A stretch of DNA of 64,000 bases from Paraspadella gotoi. Its lineage: Eukaryota > Animalia > Chaetognatha. Of this stretch, positions 1-12,711 are shown piece by piece. Position numbers and translations under genes: made by a program. The DNA lies in contig CM119266.1 of the NCBI GenBank assembly GCA_051294375.1, positions 8,995,166 through 9,059,165 of the forward strand, given 5' to 3'. Below the pieces are notes generated by a model, which saw only the letters and a list, made by a program, of their open reading frames with translations, had not been told where the DNA came from and ran no database searches. Every line of letters starts with the position of its first letter. The first letter of the stretch is position 1.

Positions 1-885
1 GTTTGTTTGATAAAATGTAAACAAAAAATATTTTAATAACTGTCCTAACGCCAATTTTAAGACATCGAATGATGATAAGTTGTATATAAATTTAAAATTA
101 ATTATAATTATTAAATTAATTAATTAATTAATTAATTAATCGATTAATTAATTAATTAAATTGATTATCGTAGCAGATTCCGACAATTGTTTGCTTCATA
201 ACTTGTTTAAATTCTATTTTGTAAAGATTCAAAAATTATTCAAACCCTTTTGTTCCAGTATTTTATTTAATTATTGCTATTAATTTTTCAGGTATTAGAA
301 TAACCTCCATGCCTCTCCGATTCTCTACTCTTCTTTCGTCCTTTCTACTCTTAATTTTCTTACTCTCCTCTCTTTTCTCCCTTCTCTCAGCCTTCGGCCA
401 AAAAAGAGAAGATACTGCTCGATGTTTGGCTCGTTATTTCTTTTTGTGAATCATTGAGAGATGATGACGTCTCTTCGTTTCCTCCTCGTTTTTTTCTGGT
501 CAAAAATCTCGCATATATTTTTTCGCTTCTTTTCTTTATATTTTTTGTATACGACCCGTTTGTTTCCTTCTTTGTTGATACTTAATTTTCTTCCTGGCTC
601 GACGTTTTGGCTTTATTTTATTTAGTGTCAAAAACATTCTTTTAAAAAGTTCTTCGATTTTCCTACGGTTATGCATTCATTTGATTACTAATTCAAAATT
701 TGAACACCCACAGAAATGTAGTACAATTCAAGAACAATAACAACAACAACAACTATCAATATTAAACATATGAATTTTCTGATTTTCTTCCTCGTGGTCG
801 ATCGCCCAGCGTTTACTTTCCACTTTTAACTTATCGCGGGCTTTCCAGCAGCTGCGGCTCCTGCTGCCGTTCAGTAACTTAAGTG

Positions 886-993
886 ATTTATTACTGTAAT
901 TTTACTGTTTCAACCAAAGTCGATCCTCGCAAAAAAAAAATTTATTACTGTAATATTACTGTTTCAGCCAAAGTCGATCCTCGCAAAAAAACC
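886..993. repeat. ~54-bp tandem duplication
   Basis: atttattactgtaat(t/a)ttactgtttca(a/g)ccaaagtcgatcctcgc-A-run occurs twice in tandem; it explains the repeated YYCNxTVSxKVDPRKK in ORF 883-1173. Confidence 0.85.
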
Positions 994-1418
994 CAAAAAA
1001 ATCCTCGCTCAAAACAACCTTTGGCTTTGCTCGTCAGTTTTCTAGTTCCTAGTATCAAAGCATTTCTCTGTTATGTTAAAAAAAAATTGTCGGGAAGAAA
1101 CTTTCATCGGCTTTTATTCATCAGTGGATTCATTTATGATCGGACTTTATTCATCTGTGGATCAATACGTTGATTAATTATTAATCGTTCATTAATTATT
1201 CATAGATCATTCATTGATTATTCATAGATCGTTCATTGTAATTCTTGATCGATTATTATTTATTACCTCCCACAGTTATTGTAAATCATTAATAGTATAA
1301 TAGGAGAGGTGTTGGGTATTTAGTTCCGTTTAATGGTTATTGATCATTGATGTGATTCGTCCTGATTACGATACAGTGCAGATTCCAGGGTGCTCAGACT
1401 GTCAATGCACGGCTGCCC

Positions 1419-1988
1419 GTGATCTATCCAAACCAAGGGTTGTTCCGAGACATTCTGCCACGCCATTCTTTCTCAAGGACCGCTTACCGCCGAGCAAGTC
1501 GACGATCTCGCTCAAACGCCATCTGTTATGCGATGACATGGAAGATCGAGTTGATTTTTCTCTCATGTCTCGAATATATATCGGTTAGTTAAAGCGTATA
1601 TATAAATGGTTTGTATATAAGTATTAAAATCATTTTTATATTTACTATATGTAGAAAAATATTTTTTATCAGAAATTAAGCTGCATCTTCATCGTCCACA
1701 ATCTTTATTCAAGACAAAACCCCGTCTTGAGATTAATGTCTTTAAATTCAAGTTACCTCGTCTTAATAAAATTTCCAAGAGACCGATCAATATTTCAAAC
1801 TCTCGGTCGACAGCTATTCCCAGAAAAAACAAACTTTCTCATCGAATCTTACATTGACAACCTAGAAAACTCAACTCACGCCTTTCCGTATCTTTTCATT
1901 GATTGCCACGTCTGAAAGATTGAAGGTGAGATCTAGAATCTTCCCATTTGAGGCTCCGATGATGGTCTATTGTGACAAAAGATCATGA
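1419..1988 (+). pseudogene. Maverick/Polinton (adintovirus-like) A32/FtsK-type packaging ATPase, frameshifted, N-terminal P-loop not seen
   Basis: Frames stitched by eye give VIYPNQGLFRDILP.. / LSQGPLTAEQVDDLAQTPSV / LCDDMEDRVDFSLMSRIY (Walker B-like) / KLSCIFIVHNLYSRQNPVLRLMSLNSSYLVLIKFPRDRSIFQTLGRQLFPEKTNFLIESYIDNLENSTHAFPYLFIDCH / SERLKVRSRIFPFEAPMMVYCDKRS*. This follows the remembered Maverick ATPase pattern S-V-I-F-I-x-Q-N-L..R-x-I-S-L-N-x-x-Y-x-V-L-F-K-N-P-R-D..L-A-R-Q-x-F-P..Y-L-x-I-D..L-R-x-R-T-x-I-F-P..V-Y. Confidence 0.85.
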
Positions 1989-2334
1989 AGCCGAGAAACA
2001 ACATCGCCACTAGAGAGCGTTTTGCGCGCCAACTTCCGCCCTTGAAAAAAAATAACAAACTACCGACGCATCATTAAAAGGCTTTTTGGCATTCTAAAAA
2101 ATAAAACGACGCTTGTATTTGCGTGTCGTAGATATGTTTAAATATTTTAAAAAGCAACATCCCCACTTCACCCAGTCAACTATTTTGTTTGAGACAGTAT
2201 AAAAAGCAAATACACGCTCTCTCATTAAGAAGTTTACCTATGAAAAAAAGACTGGTGGAATGTTAGGAACTTTGTTATCTGTTTTGGCTCCTACCATAAT
2301 TAGTCTCATCATCGAAGCCATCGCCAAAAAATGA
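1985..2334 (+). pseudogene. Maverick/Polinton small basic virion-type protein (gene downstream of the ATPase), frameshifted
   Basis: Its ATG overlaps the ATPase stop (ATGA, 1985-1988). Segments CLNILKSNIPTSPSQLFCLRQYKKQIHAL and KTGGMLGTLLSVLAPTIISLIIEAIAKK* resemble the Maverick pattern C-x-x-N-I-L-K-G-N-V-P-L...x-x-G-G followed by an amphipathic helix. Confidence 0.7.
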
Positions 2335-2355
2335 AAAAAAAACAACTTTGCCAAA

Positions 2356-2620
2356 ATGACCGCCAAGAGACCCACGAAATACGCCACCCGGATGTACCTA
2401 GTAGTATCTGAAAAAAATCTCCGCGATTTGAATATTTCTATTCCCCCGTCATCTCTCTCTACTCCCAATCACACGGTCAACCAGGAAAGTCCACCCCACT
2501 AACAATCCCGCCAAAGACAACGCCCATCCCGGAAGATCAGTATATGATAGACTCAAATCAAAAAAACTTGCGGAAAACCTGGCCGAAAGGGATTGGAAGG
2601 GGTTAGAATCAGAGATTTTC
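2356..2620 (+). pseudogene. Probable third Maverick gene, 5' fragment
   Basis: Starts 21 nt after the previous stop: MTAKRPTKYATRMYLVVSEKNLRDL. This resembles the A-x-K-M-x-L-V start of the next gene in Maverick blocks; it frameshifts after ~48 codons. Confidence 0.4.
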
Positions 2621-3170
2621 CGCCGCTGCCAATACGGCGCTTCCAAGACCCCTCCCGCTCCCGTTTTCAGGTGCAATCCCTACTTTTTTTAGCCCGGATC
2701 GCTTTCGGTTTCGAGTGCACATCGCTTCCTTCCTTTAGAAATTTTACATTTGTTATTATTTATAAAAATACTCTCTTTAGACATGTAATTCATTGGTAGA
2801 ATAATTTTAAACAATCTTTTTTGTTAACAAATAACAAGTGAAATTTTTACTATGAAAAATTGTAAGATTGTAAGATTCGTTCGAGTGGAAATGAGTTTAA
2901 ATGAAAAAAACAAATCAGAGATGTGGAAGCGATCTAATCTTTTCCGCCGGCTGCCAATTCCGGCAGCGCTTCCAAGACCCCTCCCCGCTCCCGTTTTCTC
3001 CTTGGGTGAAGCCATCCTTACTTTTTTAGCCCGGATCGCTTTCGGTTTCGAGTGCACATCGCCTTTCCTTCCTTCTTAGCAATTTATACATCTGTTATCT
3101 ATTGATAAACATTACTCTCTTTAGTCTATTGTAATTCATTCTGTCTAGATAGATTTTAACATCTTTTGAG
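2607..3170. repeat. Diverged ~0.3-kb tandem duplication
   Basis: gcgcttccaagaccc..cccgctcccgttttc..ccttactttttttagcccggatcgctttcggtttcgagtgcacatcgc..AT tail occurs at ~2637-2820 and ~2966-3170. Confidence 0.8.
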
Positions 3171-3499
3171 ATGCCTGGCCTTATCCAACCGCAAACCGAA
3201 TCAGTGGAGACTTTTAACCTTGTCTCACGAAGCTATACAAATAATGCGTCTCTAACGCTTTTAGATCAACGTGGAATACTGCGCCACAGAGAATTCGTCC
3301 CTCCCGCCAGCTGGAACAATGACTCGATCTCTCATCCGCGCGTCCATCTGCAGCCTACCTACCTAATCTAGGCTCCACACCTGAAGCCTGCTACTGTCGC
3401 CAACACGCACCGATAGACTAGTCGACGTCCGCATCGCGAATGCGTCAGCAATCAGAGAAAGGCTTAGTCCGACATCCGAGATCTCTATCAATTAATTAA

Positions 3500-6400
3500 T
3501 TAATCAATTAATTAATCAATCAATTAACAATGTCAGTGTTATCATTTGTCATCTCCAACGTCGTTGTTGCTTTTGTCCTGGTCAGTGACCTGACAAAAAG
3601 ACCTAAAAATTAACAGGCCTGATATGAATTTATTTTGATCAATCATCATTCAATCTATCATGATGGTGCTATCCTCGTTGTCATCATAATCATCATCAGG
3701 GTAATCATTTCTTTTGTCATAATGAAAAGACAAAAAAACAAACAAGTTTGAGTTAACAATGCCAGAACTGATCATTAATTAATTATTCAATCAATTAATC
3801 AAATATTCAATCAATCAATCAAAAAATTAAGCAATCAATCAATTTGTTGTCGGTATTATCATTGTCGTAGTTGCCATCATTAATTATTTAATTAATTAAA
3901 CTCCTTTATCTTTGTTGTACATTGCAAAAATGTATCTTTATTATTTGTTTATCCCTGTTTGTTTTGTTTCTCTCCTTCTCTTTTCACTCTCTCTCTCTCT
4001 TTAACAAGTTTCACTTCTTTTCACATCTCACTCAATCTGCCCTTACCTTCAACCTGTCCTCACATATGACCACTATTCTGTCTCACCACTTTGTTGGAAA
4101 AACTTTTACCCTCTCTCTCTCTTTCTCTTCTCTCTCTCTCTCTCTCACACTCTTCTTTTACACAAATTTATTATTGAATGTCATATGCTAATGAAGGCTT
4201 GAAGTAAACAAGCCGAAACATGTCCAACTATTAATTAAAATCGTTGTTACAAATTCAAAATTCTTTGCTTTCTCTAAATTAATTAATTAAAATATTTTTA
4301 TAATGTTTGCGGTGACTCAAAACAAAAATTTATAGAAATTTCGAGGCGTGTTTTTTGTGATAAAAAACCTGGTATTATCAAAAACAGTAAAAAAAGTAAA
4401 AATGATAAAATAATAATAACAACTAGTATTTACATTGGCTGAGAAAAAGGTCAGCCATAACAGGATTATGTAAAAACAGGTCATTTATTGACCACTACTG
4501 TACTATGGCTCACAAAAGTACCAAAGACTTCGTCGTCGTTTTCGTCATGTATTCATCGTCGTTGTCGTCTTTGTTCAAATCATTTGAGCTCCAAATGTTC
4601 GAATTTTTATTTATAATTATTTATATGTTAAATTAATTAATTAATTTTTTTTTTCAATTAATTAATAAATAATTACCGCTAATGATCATGGGCAGATCCG
4701 GCATTGTTTGCTCAAACTTGTTATTAATATTTTTTGATTTATTTATTTTTGTATTTTTTTTATTTTGCTTTTTTGTTTCAGTGCAAGAGGGAAAAAAGAA
4801 AGAAGATAGAGAGAGAGAGTATGTTAGAGATTAATAAGTATGTTAAGCTAATATTAGCAATATTGCCAATAAAACAGATCAATCCTTTTGGTTTTAAACT
4901 TGTTTGTAACATGAAAAACGTTATGGATTTTAAAAAAAGAGACTTAAATTTAAAGAAAAATAATAAAATATAGAAAATAAAATTTTAGTTTTATAGAATT
5001 AAAAAAGTTTAATTCAAATTTTAATTTAACTTAATTACAGTTTTTTTCAGATAGAAAAATCTTTTTTTCACAGTCAGATTTTATTTTGAATATATTAAAA
5101 AAGAATAATTAAAAAAATAAATATGTAATTTTTTCATAGATTCTCGACCAAAGAGGAAAAGAGAATAAAAGAAAACAAAAAAATAAAAGAAGAGAATAAG
5201 AAAAAGTGAATAAAAAATTAGGAACAAACAATTTTAAATGTTGAAAATAAATATTGAAAAACAATTTTAAAAGACAAATCAAGAAAGAGCAGGTTGCAAA
5301 GATTTTATTACATTAAAATACCTTTCATTTCTTAACTATTAAAAACAAATGACCAGGAAGCGAACATAGTATTATATATAGGGGTTCAATCCTTTATTCT
5401 TAATTTTTCTATCGCTCCCGGTTTCGGGTTCTTCAAAAATCGGCCGCTTCACAGTGCTTTCGCTTACGCTTTCCGGATCGCGTCCACATCTCTGAAACAA
5501 ATAACCTTTTTCCCTATTTGCTTTTTTCTTTTTTATTAAATGTAAATACAAGCTGCATTAATTATTCAATTAATCAATTAATTAATCAATAAATCAATTA
5601 ACTAATCAACTAATCAATCAAAAAATTAATGAATCAATTTTTCTATCAATCAATTAATTTATCAATCAACTAATTAAAAATTTATTTATCAATAAATTAA
5701 CCAATTAATTAATTAATCAATCAATTAATTAATCAATTAAACAATGTCAGTGTTATCATTGTCATCTCCAACGTCGTTGTTGCTTTTGTCCTGGTCAGTG
5801 ACCAGACAAAAATACCTAAAAACTAACAGGCCTGATATGAATTTCTTTTAAGTGATCAATCAATCATTCAATTAATCATGACGGTGTTATCCTCGTCGTC
5901 ATCATCATCATGGTCGTCATTTCTTTTGTCATAATGAAAAGACAAAAAAAACAAACAAGTTTGAGCTAACAATGCCAGAACTGATCAGTTAATTAATTAT
6001 TCAATCAATTAATCAAATATTCAATCAATCAATCAAAAAATACAGAAATCAATCAATTTGTCATCGTCGGTGTTATCATTGTCGCCATCATAAATAATTT
6101 GTTAATTGAAATTTTTTTATAATGTTTGCGGTGACTCAAAACAAGAATAGAAAAATAGAAAAATTTGAGGTGTGTTTTTTGTGATAAAGAAAAACTGGTA
6201 TTATCAAAAACAGTAAAAAATCAAAAATGATAAAAATAATAATAACAACAACTAGTATTTACATTGGCTGAGAAAAAGGTCAGCCATAACAAGATCGGGT
6301 AAGAACAGGTCATTTTTATTGACCACTACTGTACTACGGGTCACAAAGTACAAAGTCATTGTATTCGTCGTCGTTGTCGTCTTTGTTCCAATCATTTGAT

Positions 6401-6600
6401 TAATCAATATGTAATTAATTAAATAATTTATTTTTTTCAACTAATTAATTAATTAATTACCGCTAATGATCATGGGCAGATCCGACATTGTTTGCTCAAA
6501 CTTGTTTATTAATAATTTTGATTTATTTATTTTATATATTTTTTTATTTGCTTTTTTGTTCAGTGCAAGAGGGGAAAAAAAAGAGAGTGTGTTAGAGATA
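3500..6600. repeat. Diverged direct duplication (~3500-4830 vs ~5700-6600)
   Basis: Shared blocks occur in the same order in both copies: aacaatgtcagtgttatcatt.., aacaatgccagaactgatca.., ataatgtttgcggtgactcaaaac.., ctagtatttacattggctgagaaaaaggtcagcc.., taccgctaatgatcatgggcagatcc... Copy 1 has an extra ~3900-4290 block. A related motif lies at ~170-210. Confidence 0.85.
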
Positions 6601-7574
6601 TACGAGAAGGGTTCCTTCTGAATATGATTGGCATATGTCATACAACGATTGGTTTTGTTTTTTAGTTTAGCAAGAATTGCTTCATAAAATGTTTCAGGTT
6701 GGAAAGATTATTTAAAGATCGGAAGAATATTAAATGAGACGCTTGCGTGACGACAGAGTTTCGGGGATGAGACTTATACAACGGCCGTGCGTTTGTAAAG
6801 TCAAAAACACCGCCGCAATTTTTGAGTGGTGGCAATCAATCGAGGCGAAGTTTTGGACGACACCTTGGAGGGTCCGGTCTCTTCGGAGCTTTTCGAGCTG
6901 ATCGTCGATGACCAAAATCGTCTTCTCGGCAACGAGAAGCGAGAGTAAGTCAGCAGGAAACTCGGTGCGAAAAAAAAATATACTGCTCGAGGCGGAACTC
7001 AATAAAATAAATAAACGACTATTTTATTTTGTTTTTAGATTTGCTGCTAGAGAAAAATCTCTCAATTTGAAGGCCAGTTGACAAATTCTCATATATATAG
7101 GAGATAAATAACAAATAAAAAATTAAAAAAAAAAAACTGAGAAAATGAGAGCCGTTTAATCGGCAACAAAATGAAACGAGCAAATGGCATTATGTTCCGC
7201 AAGCACCTCGATTGAATGGTTTTTTCCACCGCCAAAACTTATAGCCGCTCGTGCAGCTAATTTTCCGCTCCCACGAAGAAAAAAAAAAATACTTAGCTAA
7301 ATAGATAAAAGAAAGAAAGAGAAGAAAACGGTAAATATCGTAGTAATAATAGTAATAAAATCATATGGAAAAAAAAGAGAGAGAGAGAAAAAAGAAACAA
7401 AAAATTAACACACGACGAAATTTTCGTCAGCGAAAAAATCACAGAGAGTAAAAAAAATGCCTAAAGGCCATAAAATATACTCCTTCTGCCTTTTTAACAT
7501 CCCTCCTTTTTCCTCCCTCACTTCCTTCCTCTTCATTTCTTTCGTTTTTTCTACTCTTTGCCGTTCCGCTACCC

Positions 7575-8260
7575 GTCATGTCCCTCAGCCCATCAAGCGG
7601 CCTCAATGTCCATTCATTAGCGCCATGCAACCTCGAATGTCCTTCATTCCCCAGTCAACTCCTGCGATTTCGCGCCTTATCCGGCAATCAACCCGTCATT
7701 CCGCGATCATCCGGCGCATCAACGCCTCATAGGTCCATCATACGCATCAAAACCGCTACATGTCGCCATGCATGTCCCCATCAACCTCATGTGCCCCGTC
7801 ATACCCATCACCCTCAATCTCCCTCATTCCATGCAACGCCATCATTGCCCTTATCCGTCAACCCTGCATTCGCCATCATCCGCATCAACCCTCATATCGC
7901 GTTCATTACGCCAAATCAATCCGGTTATTCTCTCATAAGCCCCATCAAAACCCTCATTCTGCTATCCCTATCTGAAACGAGCCCATTCCTCTCATCACCA
8001 TACAACCCTCATTCCATGCGTCATATTGCCCAATGAGACTCGCTCATTCCCGTCATGCCGCAATCATAGCCGCTCAAAGATTGCCCCCCTCCCCCTTATC
8101 CCATCAGACCTTATTCCTCATTCATCGCATCAAACGCCTCTATTCGCCATCATCCCATCAACGACTGCATTCCCTCATGCCCATCAACCCTGCATTCCGC
8201 ATCAATCCCATCAACATCTGGCGCATTCCCTCATCCCATCAACCCTTATTCCACACATTC
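7575..8260. repeat. Degenerate minisatellite, unit approx. ccatcaaccctcattccctcatc (~23 bp)
   Basis: Many noisy copies of catcaaccctcattcc with strong C-over-G skew; source of the His/Pro-rich ORFs at 7457-8557. Confidence 0.7.
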
Positions 8261-8599
8261 TACCACTCGGTAAATTTCGGGCGCGGAAAAATCTTGGGAC
8301 CGAGAACCGTAAAAAATTCGGATATTTTCGCGATGGGGTCAAGTTTTAGCTTAGACCACATTGCATTATATTATATATATATATATATATATATTATATA
8401 TCCTCGCATGTTTTCTCGCATCTGTCTCCCTTCCTCTCATTGGTTCGTGCCTCAATTCTCTCGCCGTTCCTTCCTTCCTCCGCCGTCCCTCATTGGCCCG
8501 AACCTTCGATTCCTTTTCCTCTCTTACCTTCCTCTTCCTCCTCTCCTCTTCCTCTAAATGGTCAAGAATCGCAATACTCCCGTATATTGGATTAACTCC

Positions 8600-9627
8600 C
8601 CGACTATTACTACTAACTGTTTAACACCATCAAAATTTAAATCCTTAATAGGCATGCGGTTTTTATTTAAAAAATAGGTCAATTCATATGCGTTACTTAA
8701 AACTAGATCTCTAAATAAGGTTAAAATTTTACAAATCAATTATCTTAACATTGAAAAATTTTTTTTCATCGTCTAATGTATCATTGGCCGGTGCCATTGG
8801 TGGTTCGACCAATGAGCTAATCGTATTTTATTTCCGCGGATTCTTCTCGAGTCGTTGATCCGATTCCGGTTACTCGAATCTTGATTTCTCTGCGATTGTA
8901 TTAACTGACGAAAAGTAAAATTTTGTGATAAATCTACATATTTTGTGTAAAAAAAATATTGATTTAATATTTCTACATGACAAAGTTAATCAAACCAAAT
9001 GAAAAGCTTTTACTAGAGCCAAACTTTGTCAATGGGGTGGGTCAGAAGTTTGATTTGGGAACCTTCCCAAATGAACTTCATACATTTCTGAGAAAGCTTT
9101 CAATGGACCAAAATTTTCTAAAATGGCTAGAAGCACTAGTAATTATTTTTTTAATATTTATTTATAAATAAAAAATATCAAAAAAATTTGGTTGAATTTT
9201 TTATTTTTAAAAGCAAATTCAGATAGATTATGAAAAGTTGTCTACACAAAGTATATTTTTTTTTCAATATTTTGATGATAAGAGGTCAAAATTTGAAAAA
9301 AATTAAAAAAATCATCCTCATCATTATCATTTGTTTATTTTAATAGTTTTTGCTAATTTTCAGTAATAAAAGATCAAAATTTTAAAAAGGTGTAATTACA
9401 TTTTCTCTTTAACTTTTTGAGCTATATCAGAATCAATTTAAAAAAATTAGAAAATCAAAAAAAGTTTTGACGTTATATAGCAATATAATAATTTTAATAA
9501 ACGAATTACTCATGGTCAGGAACATTTTTGCAAAAAAATATTTTAACACCATAACTAATACCAATAATAGATTCGTTTAATGCTGTTCCCATTAAAATTT
9601 AAATTTGGTCGGCTACCGCTACTTTAA
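8600..9627. mobile_element. Possible non-autonomous DNA transposon remnant with a TTAA-abutting end
   Basis: The right end read on the minus strand is TTAA-AGTAGCGGTAGCCGACC (purines after TTAA, Kolobok-like) and abuts the truncated LINE. No matching left TIR was found. Confidence 0.25.
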
Positions 9628-9629
9628 CG

Positions 9630-10198
9630 GCATCTTTTTACTGAGTGGTTTGATCTGAGTATCGACAAGGGGTCCTTATTTGAACCTAGCAAAGAACTCT
9701 CATTCTATCGATCAAGTAACTGTTTAATTAATGCTTTGTATTAACCGTCTGAAGACGTACTTATGAAATTGTTTTATACAAATTGTGTCCCTATACTACT
9801 ATATGGCTGTGAAGTAAAATCTTTTTTGACTCGTGACATGAACAAAATTAATGTTACTATTAATGATGGTATCAGAAAAATATTTGGATTCAATCGATGG
9901 GAAAGCATTACAGAGCTCCAGAGTTTATTTGGTTACTTTGACATTAATACCATGTTTAACCAACGTAGAAAGAATTTTATTTCTAAGATCTACTGTTCGA
10001 AAAATTGAGTTCTCAAAAGAATAGTCGCATTCTTTAATGATTGAAATATTTTAATCAATAACTTTAACCTTGTTTTGTCTATAGTGGTAGTTTTCATGCA
10101 ATCTTTAACTTTTTGTCTTTAGTCTTAGCTTTTTTTTTGATGCTCATGTATGTACTGAATCAACCTTGTTGAATTAGAAATAAAACGCATATATATAA
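9630..10198 (+). mobile_element. 5'-truncated non-LTR retrotransposon (LINE; RTE-X/L2/CR1-like) ORF2 C-terminus and 3' UTR
   Basis: SFYRSSNCLINAL.*PSEDVLMKLFYTNCVPILLYGCEV..MNKINVTINDGIRKIFGFNRWESI matches the post-RT LINE motif L-F-x-x-x-C-x-P-I-L-x-Y-G-x-E...R-K-I. It is followed by a T-rich UTR, AATAAA (~10179) and a short TA tail. In-frame stops are present. Confidence 0.8.
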
Positions 10199-10638
10199 CG
10201 TTCAGGCTTTTATATTTTTTTCTCAATTAAATGATAATGATACAGATAATGATACAGATTAATGCACAAATACATTAATAGGCAAAAAAAGAAAAAAGAA
10301 AGAAAAGTTAGGCAATCAAAGCATAGTTTCCTAGTATGTACAACAAGACTAATAAAAACATCCCTCGTCCCAACATCCTGTAAACTCGTCCGGTTTCCCA
10401 AAATCCGGCTCCAGGTTCCTTTCTCTCGGCCTCGAGTCTCCGGCGCCGAAATTCCGATGGTTTTTTTTTCATCAAAAGAAGAAATAAAACAATAAATTGA
10501 GCGTCTCGTGGGGCGCGACCTAGCGGACGACGACAATGACGACGACGTCCGGTGATCAATTATGAAGGCGATAATCGACTTCTGGTTTTTATTCATCCTC
10601 TTCTTCCATTTTTTTCTTTTTATTAATTTTCTTTTTTT

Positions 10639-10748
<110 letters not shown>

Positions 10749-11183
10749 TTCTCCTTTTCCCACCCACTGCTCGAGATTCCTACAGACGCTGATATTTCCT
10801 CTTTTAATTTCACGACGAAGACGACGACGACAACTCAGCCAGCGGACAACTAAAAAATATTTCCGAGAAATTCAGTTGGAATTTAGAAAAAAAAATATTG
10901 GAGCTAAAAAAAAAAGGAAATATGACAGAAAAGAAAAAGAATAATAATTCATGGCGCAAAATGAAGGATTCGGTCGGAATCGAAAATCGGGGGGAAAAAA
11001 AATATGGAAATATTATAAAAAAAAAGAAAAGAAGAAAAAATGAATGAAAATAACGAAAACTTTTGACAATTATTTTTTTTTTTTAAATTGTCGACGTCGT
11101 TGTTCAAAGTCGAAGTCTTGTGTCTGGTTCCAGCGACAACCCTGTGCTGAAGTTAGTGCTCTGATTTTTTACAAAGACAAATG

Positions 11184-11187
<4 letters not shown>

Positions 11188-11247
<60 letters not shown>

Positions 11248-11250
11248 AGA

Positions 11251-11282
<32 letters not shown>
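11188..11282. repeat. (GA)n microsatellite, one of dozens of GA/CT tracts (also ~12420-12510, 15847-15960, 17087-17175, 24113-24200, 27790-27870, 47011-47070, 48790-48904)
   Basis: Directly visible. Confidence 0.95.
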
Positions 11283-12711
11283 CGTCCGCCTCCAATGTAA
11301 TCGCCGGAGGCAAAAAAAGGACATCGGGAGAGAGAGAGAGACGGAGACAAAGACGCTGACTCGGGAGGGCGACGCCAGGCGTCGCATCGGAATTTCAAAT
11401 CCAGAATCCAAAACAAAAGGCGAACGAAAGGGGAAACAAAAGGGACGAAACAAAAGGTTTGAAAAGATACCAAAAAAAAAAGATATTAAAACGACGGAAG
11501 AAAAAAAATACGTTGACGAATGAAAATTATTCGCCTTGATTTTAAAACTAAACTCGAACATCGGGCAAATTAAATTGCTGTTATTATTCGATTTGCAAGT
11601 CCTGAAAAACAAATTAAGCTAATTATGATTTAGGTTGTTGTTGCCGTACCTGTCTTTTAAACGGAAAGTCAGCTGACCTGTCATTACATAGAATGTCCGG
11701 AGTCAGGGGCCAGATAAATTATTATTTAAATGAAAGAATAATTTTGTGTTCGTTGCACTAATTTTAAAAGCTAATGAGGACGATATTAACCTTTTTTTTT
11801 TCAAAACATCATTAATACTCATGAGTCGAAATCATAATTGGTAAAGTCTCATTACAAAAGTGTGAAACCTATAATGTGCAACTCAAGGTAATTATTGTGT
11901 ATGCCCTTCAAATCCGAAATAGTTTTAAAAACGTTTAAAAAAAAAACCAAAGATTGCAATATATGCTAACAAGGCTATCAGCATTCATAACAAAGTACTG
12001 CCAACTTCGTCGAGCGAGCTTTTACCGATTCTACTTTCTCTTTCCTTTGTTTTTTTTTCTTTCCTTCTTTTTTCGACTTTCCTTTTTTTTTTCCCCCTTT
12101 TCCTCCGTGCAAAAAATACTGCTCCCCGAAGGATATCATGACTGGAAAGCCCGAGCGGGGCCAATGATTTCCCGTCTTGTCGATGGGCCAAACCAACAAA
12201 CGGGAGGCCGAGACTCCGCGCCAACGATGGAAACAAATCGTTCCTCGGTTCGGATGTGTTGGGGGGGAGGGGGCGGAGGGGAAGAGATAGGGTGAGTGGG
12301 GATTAGTGGGGGTAGTTTGAGGGTGGGGAGTTTTGTGGGGGGGGTGAAAAAAATAAGTGTGATGATGTATTTGAGCGAACCGATTGACGATTGCGGTCGT
12401 TTACCCCCGGGCGCCTATCTCTCCTCTCTCTCTCTCTCTCTCTCTCTTCTCTCCTCTCTCTCTCTCCTCTCTCTCTCCTCTCTCTCTCTCTCATCTCTCT
12501 CTCTCTCTCTCCGTCGTGTCAAAGATCAAACCTCCTCTTCTTCTCAACAAGAGATTCGATTAGATTTCTATTGGCCTCAGTTTTTTTTCTCTCTTCGTCT
12601 CAAACTCTCACCTCGATTTCCTTCTTCTTCTTTTTTTTTTTTTTTTTTTTTTTGAAAGTTGCTTTTATTTTTCTCGCTGTTTTTTTGCTTTACTTTTAGC
12701 AACGGAGTGTC

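Noticed and set aside
3170-3490. GC-balanced island with 66-aa ORF
   Set aside because: No recognisable motif; it sits between duplicated blocks and may be low-quality read sequence.
7457-8557. His/Pro-rich proteins
   Set aside because: Overlapping ORFs in all three frames arise from the C-rich minisatellite.
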